A stretch of DNA of 57,663 nucleotides from Girardia tigrina. Lineage: Eukaryota. The translations under genes were made by a program, and so were the position numbers. Numbering within the stretch: the first letter of the stretch is position 1; the number at the start of each line of letters is the position of its first letter. Below the pieces are notes generated by a model that was not told the origin of the DNA, ran no database searches, and saw nothing but the letters and a program-made list of their open reading frames with translations. Below, in pieces: positions 1 to 14,200 of the stretch. The DNA is taken from positions 11,445 through 69,107 of the forward strand of contig MQRK01197446.1 in the NCBI GenBank assembly GCA_001938485.1, read 5' to 3'.

Positions 1-390
1 TAATGTCACCAACTGTTGACTTTGGTACTTTGAGAAGCTCAGATATCTTTCTTATAGATAAAAGGCGATTGTAAGCCACTAGAACATTCTTTCTTTCTTC
101 AATGGTTAATTGACGTTTTTTTGGACCAGTTTGAAATCTCATTATCAAATGATATTAACAATACTGTTGTGAATTTGTGAGCAAAAAAAATGTCCGATTA
201 TTTATGAGCGAAATGAATTACAAAAACAGATTTTATTAAAGAATTTATTGATTTATCGATAATTTAATTTTTTATGAAAGATATCAAACTGTTAAGCTAC
301 ACATTTTGGCAAAATTTCATTAATATATTTAATACCATTCAAGAGATATAGCCAATTTTCACTTCGTCCGGTTATTTTTGAGCGCTACTG
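1..390 (-). mobile_element. Tc1-like DNA transposon 5' end (IR-DR type), inserted into the hAT remnant
   Basis: Minus strand begins TA|CAGTAGCGCTCAAAAATAACCGGAC, with a related inner repeat at about 192-210. Frameshifted N-terminal HTH peptide MRFQTGPKKRQLTIEERR..LSIRKISELLKVPKSTVGDI. Confidence 0.7.
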
Positions 391-409
391 TAGAATTAAA
401 GTAGAATTA

Positions 410-1903
410 AAGGTTCTAAAATAGCGGAAATAATTCCCCCAGTAATGTTTTCGTTAAGTGATTTTTTTCCTACTATTCGCTTCTTCCAAAGAATAATATT
501 CTTTAATAAACTTTCATTTTTTCCTTGAATGCTCGTATTAACGGTATTCAAGTAATGGAAAACATATGCTAAATTTACTAGTTTAGCACATCAATCATTA
601 TTTTGAAGACATTGTACAAAATCATCCATACCTTCGTTATCGAAAAAGACTAGCAATTCGTTCTAAAGTTCTAAGAATCTGCATAAAACTTTGCCTCTAG
701 ATAACCACCTCACTTCAGTGTGAAAAATCAAGCATTCGTACTTTGCTTCCATAGAAGTGCAAAGTATTTTAAAAAGACGTGTTTTGAATGGCCTGGATTA
801 AATAAAATTGACCATATTTACAACTTTGTCTAAAACTGGTTTCAATGCTACTGGTAATATTTTTAAAACTAAAGATTCTCTATGTAAAACAACAATGCGT
901 ATATATAATATTAGAGTTTTTTGTTCATGCGAGGGTAACAAATCCTTTAAATGAGCCTATCATGGACGGTGCGCCATCCTTACAAACTCCTATTCATAAG
1001 TCCAATGATATTTTAAATTGTTCTTAATATGAAGAAACAGAATCAAAAACATCTTGTCATGTTGTACGCTCGGTACGTTCTTTGCAGCATAGACATTGAT
1101 TCACTATTTCGTTTTCATTAACGAAACGAACGAATCCTATTATATGTGCCTTACCGCTAATATCAGTACATTCGTCGACTTGTAAAGCAAAGTGTTGTTT
1201 AGAAATTTTATCTGTAACTGTTTTCTCAATATTATTCGACAAATTATAATTCTATTTGTATTATATCGTTTGAACGAAGAATTTTCATAATTACTTTTTC
1301 TGCTTCATTACAAAACATAATGTTTACTATTTCACATCATGCAGGTAAAGTTAGAGACTCAGCTATAGTATATGGTTTTAAATTTACAAAGTGGAATTTG
1401 ATATCCTTCGTCAAGTATCCTAGTAAAACCAAAACTTAAATATTCGTCAGAATATTGACGATGATTTTTTCTTTTTTTACTGGGTATACTTCTTCCACTT
1501 GTACCCCCTGGGTCATGAATATTTACGTCTGAGTCTTGAGATCCTTTAATAAAAAATTTATCTATTGTTGGATATTTCGACTAAATTAAAATATAGATTA
1601 ATTGAAAATAACAATTGCAATTATTGAAGTTATAAAAATAAAAAAAATATATGTATACCTAAATTAAAGATTTAAAGTGAATTAAAGACGACAATTATTT
1701 TTTAATTATCGCTATTTGAAAAGTATATTTAAACCAATTTTAAGAAATATTTCAACATTTTAAAATTTTACATTATAAAACTAACACGTTGAAAAGAATA
1801 TTTTACATAAAATTCACATGAATACAAAATCAAAATCTTTATAAACTCCAAAAAATTTCGTTTTGTACCATTTTTTTCGCGGATCACTGGTTAAGAACCA
1901 CTG
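410..1903 (-). mobile_element. Degenerate hAT (Buster/Charlie-type) transposon, 5' part
   Basis: Terminus CAGTGGTTCTTAACC at 1903 with an NNNTANNN flank. Motifs FALQVDECTD, DGAPSM and HTEVRWLSRGKVL are present with stops and frameshifts. Confidence 0.85.
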
Positions 1904-2139
1904 GATTAAATAGATATTACTTCTATAAACATTGTTGTCTTAATTTAAGGTTATTTATTTCATTATTCTTTTAGCCGAGTTATTTTGTTGCACGTTTATT
2001 TATTTATATTTAATGATTGATGTTATATCGGATTTTTATTTGGTTTTGTTTCTAAATAAGATTTTATTAAATGACAACGAAATGCACTGCATTTCAACCA
2101 CTGTTGGTTTTTGTATTTGTTTGAATAATGTTTTGTTAG

Positions 2140-2279
2140 GTAATATTCGTGGAATAATCCGGGATATGGACTGCTTAAGTAAATTTGTGGACATAATTGG
2201 CCGACCAGAATATAATGACCTTCATGTTATTAGTCTACAAGTTATTGCCACTTGCTTAGAAGACCTTGAATGTGTCAAG
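2140..2279 (+). CDS. ARMC3: ARMC3 exon (NIRGIIRDMDCLSKFVDIIGRPEYNDLHVISLQVIATCLEDLECVK)
   Basis: ttag acceptor and gtttat donor; ARM-repeat peptide. Confidence 0.9.
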
Positions 2280-5200
2280 GTTTATCAATTCCTTTGAATC
2301 CTTTTTGTTAAATATGTAAATATTTAAATAGCAACTTAAAGAAAGCGGAGGGTTGATTCGCTTGCTAGCTTTTATTGGAGATGCTCAGCCACCGGAAGAT
2401 GAAAATAAAGATAAACAAAAGAAAACTAGTAAGTCAGGAAGCGCAAAAAAGAAGAAAAAAGAAGACGAAGGTTATTGCAACTAAATGATTTGTTTTCGTT
2501 AAAATATTCATTTTGTTTTGATAGAAAAACCAAAAGAATCTGTCGCTTCATTCACCTTACCCGATGTGAAAGTCCATGCTTGTAAAGCAATCATGAGAGC
2601 TTGTCGAAACGGTAATTTTCTAAGGCTAAATATTTAAAAAATGTCTTTAATTTTTTATAATTCTATGTCAAAATATAATGAAATAAAATTTGTTTAGAAG
2701 ATGTTGTTTAATTTTTTAAAATAATTGCTATTCCAAAAGTTAAATGCACAATTCTTTTGACATAGAAATGTCAAAACTTCAATAAATATAATACAAAAAA
2801 AGCTTCAACTACCTGTGCTGAGCCTTTCCTCGACTGATCATTGAGAAGATGAAGGCTGGCATTTTCTTTGGTCCACAGATACGGCAACTCATAAAGGACA
2901 CAGTTCCAAAACTCCATGAACACACCACATTACATCGCGTAGAAATCGTTTGTGCAGGGGTGAACAACTTCCTAAGGAACACGAAGACAGCAAACCACGT
3001 CAGACTCATCCGCAGCATGATAGAGGTCTTCCAAAAACTCAGTTGTGTGATGAATATAAAGATTCACTTCCTGTTGTCACACATGGAAAAGTTTCCTGAA
3101 AACCTTGTTGCCATGAGCGACGAGCAGGAAGAAAGGTTCCCTCAGGACATGTGCCATATGGAGAAAAAGTACGACGGGAGGTAGGACGCAGTCATGATGG
3201 CGGACAACTGCGGGTTGCTGAAGAGAGACAACCCAGCAGCTGTTCACACACGGGAATCGAAGAAACGCCGACTTATGCCTTGAATTCTGAACTTTTGTGT
3301 CACGTAACGCTCATTTTTATACTAATATCATGTATAATTATGCTTATCAAATTTGATGGACTAAGTAAAAACTGAATGAATTTGGATACGTGGACTTTTA
3401 TTTCTTCAAGAAAACAGAAATAAATCGTCACGGATTTCTCAGTTGATAATCCGCAGTAATTTTTTGTTAAGAAAAATCGATTTTTTAAAAATTTTTGTAA
3501 CAAAAAACCTGTACTGATTGAGCAAAACCAAGGTCATTTTCGGACTCAGAGCATCAAAATTAGTCTTATTCAGCTGGAAAACCCTGGACAATTTTCAAAA
3601 AATATTTTTTGTTACCCAGTGTAATTAGTCCTAAAAATGACTTAAAAAGATTCAACTGTATTTCTATCTGAAACTTCAAAATAGTTTCAAAGTTAAATGT
3701 TTTAAACTGCGGCAAATAAGCAAAATAATTACATCCAATGAAAGATTTAATAATTTAAAAGTTAATAATACTGCTTTTGCTTTAAGTAATTCTAAAATGA
3801 TACTTCTTGTTCATTTTACGAATGGCATCATCTTAAACACTATTCTGCAGAAAAAGAAGGAACCAGGAGTGGGGAGCAGTTCGCTATCCATTCATTCGTG
3901 TATGTTTTTTGATCTTTGATCTTCTTTTTCTTGTGGTGCGTTATCCCTTACGGACATTAAAGCTCATTCACCTCCCCGAAAAAAGATTTCTTTAATTTCG
4001 AATTAATTGCACAAAAGAAAAATAAGCTTTTCAGATATGTTAGTCGCCGTCTATCGAGATCTTTCCTATCAATGATCTTTCCAGTTTTGATTTCATTTTC
4101 GAATCCTTCTTTTCTCCTAATGTGAACTAAGAATTTCAATTGTCTGTTTCTAATGGCCATGATTAATTTTCGTTTTCTATAATCGGAGCGTATCAATCCA
4201 TCTTCAGCAGAAATATGACTTTTCCACCTAATTTTCATGATGAACTTAAAAACTACATCTCAACTGCATCAATTCTCTTCTGCTTTTCTTGAAAAAATTG
4301 TTCCACATTCTGATCCATAAGAAAGAACAGGAACAGAAAGAAAGGAAGAACAGTATGAAAAGTACATGATAGAAGATATGTTCTTGAAGATATGTCTGGT
4401 AAAACATGTGAAAGAAATGTGGAGAAAATTAAAAAATTCTTGAGTGCGGGGGTGTAAGAGAGTGTTGTTGATAATTTTTTAATTTTTGGAAATAAGAATT
4501 TTGGTTTTTAAAAATTTCGATTTATAATCGAAATTAAAAAAATAATGGAAAATAGAATTAAAAAAAAGAAAATAAAAAAATGAAAATTTGTTTAAATAAC
4601 AAATTTAACCTGTTGTAGTTAATAAATTTTGCAAGTCTTAATTTCTTTTTGATTTAGAATGGATGATAATTCCCAACCTAACAACACTTAAATATTATAA
4701 GGTTTTTTGCCAAGGAAGAATTTTAAATGATCTTAACTTTTTGGTAAAGGCCTTCAAAATACAATTATAATACGACAAACTTCTTGATATACAAACAAAT
4801 ACACAAACCGACTATAAACAGAATTTTTGTCCTGAATTTTGAAAAACGAATTCGATGATGTTCATGTTGTCTAGAATGGGAACATGCTAATTGGTTGGGG
4901 TTAATTCGTCGGGTATTTTTCATCGGGGCTGTTTAAATGTTGTGTGTCGATTTTGGATTGTCTCTCCTAATCAGATGTAGGATTAATATTTTAATTCTTA
5001 TGTTCTGAAACTAATTTATTCAAATTTTTAATTTATTATTTTTTAATATTTTTGATAATCAAATCAAATTAATGTTTTAAATGATTATAAAAAGTAATTT
5101 TATTTTAAGCAATAAAATTTAAAATAAATATTTTAAATAAAATAATTCTATTCAAGTTAGTTCAGATTTTGAGATAAGTATTAAACAATGATAGATAAAT

Positions 5201-8200
5201 TTGAGCGAAGGCATTATTACGGATATTCATAAAGATGATCCAAAGATGATGATTGTTGTTACAAGTGTGTAAGTTCTCTTAACAGGGGCGAAATAGAATT
5301 TTTTAATAAAAGTTTTTTATTAAAAAGATAAATTCCAAAATAAATTTATTTAAAATATAAAAAAAATATTTTCCTCCTCGGATCTTTCAAAAGATGAAAT
5401 TGTACCATAACTTACGAGAAGATCATAAGGCAGACCTAGAATCACAAGATTTAGAGCTGTTTATGAAAATTAAATTAATAATTTTATTAATATTTTGTGT
5501 TTAAATGTCAGTATTTTATAAATGAATATAGATCACTTGTTATTTTATCGGAATCATATTTTCAAATTCTATATTTTAAATAAAAAATTGTAATTCTATA
5601 CTTTAAATAAATTTATTTTCGAATCTATTTTTTAAATAAAAATGTTTTAGATTCTATTTTTAAATAAAAATTTTTTATTTTTAAAAAACTTTTATTTGAC
5701 CCCGATCAAAAATCTCCGAAGAATCGTCGCTCTGACCAATTGTCGCAAACGAAATGTTTCCCCACTAATTTACCACGACCTATTGACGTAGACCCGTCTA
5801 GAATAGAATGTAGCTCAATTTTGAAACCATTTTACCTTTCAATTAACGGAATATTTGCTTCTTGTAAATACGAGTCAAGCAAACAAACAGTTCATGATGG
5901 TATAGTAATATAAATAATGTCTGAGGTCAGTAGTCATATGGATAAAGAGCTACTCTAGAAAGTCGCAAGAAAATTTTAATGCATTAGGGGCGGCAAATCA
6001 AATTAAAGTAAACCAATTCTGGGGACCAGAACGACTGGAGTAAAGAATTTACCCGTAACACATAATTTAAAAAAGATCTAAAATCACACAATATTATTTG
6101 AATTTAGGAGTCCTTTAATAGATTAATTAGCTTAATTTCTCATTATATAATATTTAAAATTTCAATAAAATCTTATTAATCCATTTAATTTTGTCTTCAA
6201 CTTTTTCGCTATCGCATTTCATTTTTATCTTAGTTTTCTGTAAATACTTTTCAAAATATAAAATGATGAGTATTTTTGGTATTAAAGAGGATGTTCGACG
6301 ACTGTTTCATGAATGTGATACCGAGAGGTTGTTGGTACTTCTTCTGCAACATGAATCGGAATCTGTAAGGGTGGCGGCAGCACTTGCGGTAGGAGCAATG
6401 GCTCAAAGCTCCATATGTTCAACTAGTGTTTATAATTACGGTAATATAAATATTTTCTTGACTTTTATCAATAAATTTTAGGAGGAATCGAACATCTTGT
6501 TAAACTTTTACGAAGTGATCACAAAGAAGTTAAAGACGCTGTTAGTTTTGCCTTAGCTAATCTATCGACAGGAAATGTGAAAAATTGCCAGTACGTTTTG
6601 TTACTGAATGTGAAGAGAAGATTTATTTATAATAAATAACAGCTATTTTTCGAAAATTTTATTTTTTCGTATTTGTATTTATTCGTTAAATTAAAAAATA
6701 TATAAAATATAATTATTTCTTGATCAAAGAAAAAACTTTTTGAAAACAGAAATTTAATTCAATTTACTTTATCAATAATTAATAACCCTGTGGACGATGC
6801 TTAGGCGTTTCTTTCTCAGGTCATAGTATGAGCTGAGGGTAACACTTGCATATGTTACATTGATTTAAGAGTAAGTGAAATCAAAAATTATATAAGTTCA
6901 GTTGTAAGTCTTTTTGGGTCAGAGTACGAATATTGCAACCTTCAGCTATCTTTCTCCATTTTAATCTTTATTCATACCCCGATAAGAAAAAAAACCGTGA
7001 ACAACATTTTCGATAGTCCACTGTTAATTATAAAACATAATTTTATATTTTATATTATTTTCTGAAAGTCGAATATAAATGTATTATATTTATTTTCTAG
7101 AGAGATTGAATCGAAACACGGTCTAGAACATTTGGTTAGTTGTTTATCATTCACTCAAGAAGGCATCTGTTCAAATGCTTTGGTTGCTATTTCAAATATG
7201 GCCACAGAAGAACGATTAAGATCAAAACTCATACAACATGGACTGATAAAAGCTCTTGTCGCTCCTTTAAAGTCACTGTATGTTTTCGTTATGTGTTATT
7301 TATTTTTTGTTCAATAATGTTTTGATTTATGATGAAGAAATTATTCAATAATATATGTGTTTCATTTATGTTAAAAATTATTTATCGTGTTTTGATAATA
7401 TAATAAAAGTATTACTAATAATAATAATCATCCTGATAATCATAATAATAATAATAATTGTAAGTAGAATAATCATATAATAAATATTGTTTATGATCCA
7501 CCCAATCCTCAGGTTGACCCGATAACCAGACGGTGGTATCAGGCCCGCGCAATGAATGCTCGAATAAGAGCTCGGTTTTACTATAGATATGCTCGGCCCA
7601 TATTTTTAATTTATTCTCGGACCTTGAATGACTTGGTTGTTCGGGATTATTTTAATCAGTTTCGAAGATCTCTTTCGTCACACCAAAATCATTTAATATT
7701 GATTGGGAGAAATACTTTGAAAGTAAAGGAGGAACTAATCGTTCAAAATATTTGTGCGTAAATTTCTCGAGGAATCTGTCACCAATATGGTCGGTACTTT
7801 CGCTCGGTAAGTGACGCATTTGACCTTTGAACATCGTCAATGCATCAGTAGACAGTTCTTTATTGACGAAATGAAATTCAGACTGTAGTGATCACAAAAA
7901 AAATAAAATTCATCACTCACTTAATTAATTTTAATAAAAAAAGTTATTAACAAAAAAAATCAGTGTTGCGCAACACTGAAAATGTAATTAATTTATCAAA
8001 TATAAAAAACTCTTAACAATCGAAAAAAAACTATTTTGTTGATAATTGTAAAAAAAATAATTTGTTAAAAAATTGAAGACAAACTATAATTAATTTTATG
8101 AATTGTGTTTAAAGAATTGAATAAAGAAATTATTCGTTGTTCAAATAATATCTGTTTTGCGGTTTCAATTTCAATATTTGAATTATACAATTCTAACGGA

Positions 8201-11200
8201 TTATTTCGGCATAAAAAATAGTTATGAATTTGCAAACTCTAGAAGAGTTGAATGACTTGTCTCCTAACTCCATATCGACTCGACTAATCGGACAAGAGTT
8301 GACCGAATATTTTCAATAATTCCTTGTTTTACAGGCAAGATGGCTGTCTCTCTTCAATGTTCCTCGAGCCATCCATTTCGGGTAAGTTCATAACGGTCCT
8401 TGAACACTTTCTGTTTGCTGTCGGACAGAGGCAGACTTTCGCGAATCTGGCCAGATGCTCTGTCTCGCTCCCGATGATGGCTCCTAGTTCAACCCCGTAC
8501 CTAGCTGCCACAACAAATGGTCAATTCCCAACCATTTCACAGACATTTAGTTCAACCTTTTATTTTGAATATTTCGATAATAACACAAGATTGATAATCA
8601 AAAACATCTTAATCGGAAATGAGACTCCGACAAAATTTCATATATCACAAAAAATATCAACTCTTCGAAAAAGAATCGCAACACAAAATCCAAATAAAAA
8701 ACCTTTCAATTCGAATGATATTCAAAAATCAGAATATCTTTCAATTTTTAAAAAAAATATATAAATCATAATAAAAAATCCCGATCGACAAAAGCAAACA
8801 GAAAAACATTTTCGTTCAAAAATCAATTTTTCGAGCACAACATCGATATAAACAAAAAAAGAAGATAAACTTCTCTCGATTACTATATGTGCAGCCAATA
8901 AGCACTGCACACATCACGAGTCATATGACTCCATTGTTTTCAAATTTATAATTTGAAATTTTTTACGTGATAATCTTTTTTTTACTTTTGTTTATTTAAT
9001 TTAAATAATTTATTATTTATTACGTATGAATTATACAATAACAAAGGCGAATAAAATTATCACAGAAATTGTCATTCGGTTATTACTGTAACGTTTCGAG
9101 ATATAAGGAGAGAGAGATGAATGGGTCTGGCAGTATAAATGATGATAATAATTTAAATATAATATTTTTGAAGATAAAATCACAAACAGTGTATATGTTG
9201 AAAAAACTTATTTTATTATGTCAACGATGAGTGCATGTCTGTCATTGGGACATATGAATGAACCATCACCTCTGTGTCGTCGGTTCCGTGGCCAGATGCA
9301 CATTGTTAATGTATTCTGTAAGTTGCTTCTGCTCAGTAATTTCTTTAAAGCAAAAAGAAAATGTACATGGTAATAGTTTGATGCGCGGCTGAAGCATTTT
9401 CTGATATTTTTTCTCGTGCTCGACTACCTCTTTCAGTCGCTCAGATATGGTTCCTTTGATCAGGTGTTTAAATTCCTCATCATTGTCGTTTAGATTTTCG
9501 CTGTTTTCTACCAAATCTACCGAATCTTGAATATCCACAGCACATCGCGAGCAATGCGCTCTCTAATTATTTATTTTTTATTGCCCCTGTTTTTTCAGAG
9601 AGAAGCGGAAGCGTACCCCTGCATTGAAAGCTCACGCTCTTGCATCAGAGGCCGTGTCAGAGGAAGAAAACTTTGTATTTGTCAAATAGTTTCTAGTTGA
9701 TACAGAGTCTATGATCATCTACGTTTTACGTCAGTGCTAAGTATTATCTGTAATAAACAGTTATCCGTTATAGTCGGGGGATGCGTATTGTGTGTGATTG
9801 TGAGTGTGTACCAATGACAAGGCTTTAGAAATGTGAGTCATTACGGCAACACATTTCTTCATTATATTGTTATATATAATCGTTATTCATTGAAATTTTG
9901 TTATTTAATAAAACTTTAACACACAATTTATTTTTCCTTGATTCAGTGACTAACAATAATAATAATAATTTTATTCAGATCGACATCTGTTCAATCTAAA
10001 GCAGCATTGGCAGTGGCACTTTATCTAACTGATTCAAAAACTAGAACTGAGGTTGTTTAATGTTTTACATGATTAATGAGTTATTATGGTTTCTATTGTA
10101 CATATTAAACATATTAATTTTGTTATTGGAAATTTTAATTAAGGCAACATTTCAATACATTTGTTCACATATAATTCCATACCTTCGCTCGTACTTTACA
10201 AAAGATTTGGACATTTTACATCATCATCATCAGCCGAGTGAAATAAAAATTATAAATTATAAGTATAAAATATATTTATATTTCTTATTAAATAGTTACC
10301 AACAACTCAGGAAAAAGCATAAATTATCTGCCTTTTATTTATTTTAAGTTTCTTTCAAAACAAATAGTTGAACAAATATTTTTTCTATATAATATCTATC
10401 CTTTTCAATACAGTTTAGTTCAACAGTCCACCTTCCCCTCATAACTATTTTTGAACCGCTTTCTTTACACTTTGTGGAAACTGGTCCAGTCGTATATAAT
10501 TTAATGTACATACTTATTACTAAACTGTGTGGAATACTCTGTACATGATTAACTAGCGCGTGTGTCAGTACCCCTTTTTGAACTTACTGAATTTCGCTTC
10601 ATTGGTGAAGGTTGAAGAGCGTCATGTTTTCTTTTTGAATTGTTTTGTATGTCTCCGATAAATTTTAGTCTCCCAAATTTTATGCCTTTCTACCAGAAAC
10701 ATTCAATCAATACTTTTTTGTTCTGTTTTGGTACATATTAGTAGTGGATGTCCATTCATCTGCTATAAAAACTAATTGATGTTTTTTTTACAAAATCGAT
10801 AATCTTTGGTTTATCTGTAATCTGCATTGTTTTCTTAGCTCTTTTAAATCGTTCCTCATTTGTCACTTTGCGAAAAATTTTGGTTTCTAAGTTGCATACT
10901 TGATAAAATTGTTTATTCAACTCATTTTCATCCATCTTTCAACGGAAATCAATTTCAAACGCCCGCTATAATTTCATGCCTCCTACTTTGTCTGGCTTTA
11001 TATCGGTCACAAAAATGAAAGTTACATTTTTTTCTATTTCTCTTTAATTTCTCTGTCCACCAACACAATCTAGTTGACTTTTGTCCACACAATATACAGA
11101 GTTGCCAACTAAGTTTTTTCCCATACATTTGTCGCTGTATCTGGAGATCTATGACCGCTAAGAAATCCAAATTTGGTGTACATATTGTATGATTAATGCA

Positions 11201-14200
11201 TATTATAACTGTCAAAAGTTTATTAATATTTATTTCAGTTTACATAATAAAAAATGCAATAAATTAAAAATTGTTTATACGATATTACAATATTTTTGCC
11301 ATCTTTCAAAGTAAACTATGAATTTCAACAGAGAAGACGTGAGAAAGCTTATTTTCTATTTTTGGAAGCGTAAATTATCAGCTGTAGACATGACAAAAGA
11401 GATAAAAAACACACTGGAAGAAGGAACAACTACGTCACGAACATGTTCCAACTGGGTAAAGAAATTCGAGAACGGTAACTTCGAGGTAAATGAAAAAGTT
11501 CGCAGTGGGTGACCTTCTTATGAGGTGACTGCAGATATAAAACGAATTCTACAGGAAAAAAAATTGCCACAACGAGATTCATTGGCCAAGAAATTGGAAT
11601 TAGCCACGAAGCAGTGCGTCAGAATTTCATGAAAATGAACAAACGTTACCTCGCTAACGTGTGGGTTCTACATGTTTTAACAGAAGCTGCTAAGGAAAAG
11701 AGAATGTCTGTGTGTGAAAAACTGATTGCTATGTACCGCAGCAACAATTTCTTGCACTGTATAGTGACTGTGGATGAGATGTGGGTATTCTGGGAGAATA
11801 TATCCTCATACACTCACAAATCTTGCTGCAGAATCCAAAGTGAGGTTAACTACGAGGAAGCATCTGGCTACCGTCTTCTGGGATTCGAAAGGTGTGATCT
11901 TGATGGATGTGTTAGAAAATGTAGAACCCATGACGGCAACATACTACTGCAGTTTGCTGGAAAAGCTGAAGACAGCTATCCTGGTAAAACGACGATGGAA
12001 AACCACGGACGGTTTTCTGTACCTTCTTCAGGACAACGCATGTCCACATACGGCACATCTCACCCAGGCCAAGATTACCGAAATGCATTTAATTATCCTG
12101 CCATATCCCCCCTATTCGCCGGATCTAGCTCCTTCAGGCTACTATATATTTTCACCAATGAAAGGAGCTTTGAAAGATCAGAACTGTGCATCTTCTGAGG
12201 AGGTTCAGGAGAAACTTCAGGACTGGTTGAACGCCAAGGCCGTATCATTCTTCGAGATTGGTATCAATAAGTTGCCAGGACGTTGGCAACGTTGCATTGA
12301 CAATAATGGCTGCTATTTTGAACACTTGGTTGATGATGATGAATGATTAGACATTATATTTGATAGTTTTTGTTATTTTCGGAAAAAACTTAGTTGACAA
12401 CCCTGTAATTTAATGTCTGCTTTTTTAATTTCACGTTTATTAGTTTCTCAAAAATCGTCCTGTTATTTACATTTATTGTTACACCTGTATCTAATAAACA
12501 ATCATCCATAATATGTTGAATCCTCACTTTTACACTCACTCGGCCTTGCATTCTTTGATACGAAATATATTCTGCTTTCCATTTATTTATTCACAAAATT
12601 CTGATTTCTTCTTTGATACTTTTTTCTTCAACGGATTCCACTAAAATTTTACTGAGCTTGTTTTCAACGTTTCCTTTTTTTCCAATTACATTTGCCTCCA
12701 TTTTCTTAACATTTTTCCCATCATTTATCATGAGACCTATAATATTTGATATATTACTTCTACTACAAATACCAATATTTTGGAAGTCGTTGATATTTTT
12801 GACTAGCTTCTGCCGAGTGGCATTTTTTACTGAAATTGAAACTATAAAATACAAAAATCTTTATGTATCGAAATATTTCAGTTTCGAAATAATGGAGGTA
12901 TTGCTACTCTTAGCAATTTACTGATATCAAACAACTCAGAAGTTCGTAGGTCAGCGTGTTGGGCTGTAACTATTGTAGCCAGTGAAAAGGAATCTACAGA
13001 AGAGCTATCTCGTGTCGGGTAAGAGCAAGCGATTTTATAATTATAAATTACATGTCTCTTCGATTTTGTTGTACGTTCAGAAATAAGGCTTTGGTTAATA
13101 TATATTCCAGGCCTATATGTCTACTAAAATTATTAATTTTAAAACAATCGAAGTCGTATTTACATTATTTTATTTAGATTGAATTAATCTTCAGCTACCT
13201 AGAAAATACTGCATTAAAACTAGTTCGCAAAGTAATTTTCTTAATTAAATACAAACCTCAGGAGAAACCGTTTTGATATTAATCGAATAGATCCTATTTA
13301 AATGGAAATGTTAAATTTTCTTTGTGAAAAATAAATTCATATTGAAAATCATAATTGTAAAAATATAGATCAGTACTCATTGCGATGAGTGACGTACAGT
13401 GTATTTTCTCTTTTTAGGCCATTTTTAGATATTTGACCTTGACTAACCTTGAACGGTCTTGGCCGACCTTGGTTTACTATAGCTATGCGGATTGCTGTTG
13501 ACGAGACCTATCCAAAAATATATAGTTTATGGGGTCTTGATAAATACATACATACATATAAGGACATGATGAATACAACAACGCATTTTTTCATTATGAG
13601 AAAATGCGCTAAAAATGAGATTAATTATGATAAAATTTTTAAAAATTTATTTTGGTTTAAAAATTAGATAAACAATTAATTATGAATACTTCTGAAAAAA
13701 AATATTATAAGAAATTTGTTTGACTGCGTCAATTTATGTGTAAAAATGAACAACCTTTGTCTCCGTTACCTTGTAAAGTACCGAAAGATAGAGTAAACAT
13801 GTCGTTTTCCCAAACAGCGATGATAGCTGCCAATGCTTTGTTTGCGAGAATGGAATTGATCGCGTTTAGTGTATTTTGTCTATTTTTTAAGAAAACTGAA
13901 ATAAATTAATTTTAATCCACTTGTAATGGAAAAAGAAATTGAATGTATTTTCCTCTTCTAATAACTTCACTAAATAACTATATATAAAGAGATGAGGAAT
14001 ATTTATTAATTAGAACAATAAACATATGTTTGTTAAAGTCATTTGTTAAATCATTCCGTGATATAAAATTAGTAAATAAAAAAATTAATTTTTTTATATC
14101 CATTCTTTATGCAGACAGAACTCTATTTTGCCAACAAAGATTTTAAAATTTAAAAAAATTTAAAATTTAAAAAATTTCAATTAAAAAAAACATTAAAAAT

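Noticed and set aside
2061-2106. Extra ARMC3 exon within ORF 2013-2297
   Set aside because: The peptide does not resemble the expected ARM sequence and would require a 33-nt intron with a weak donor.
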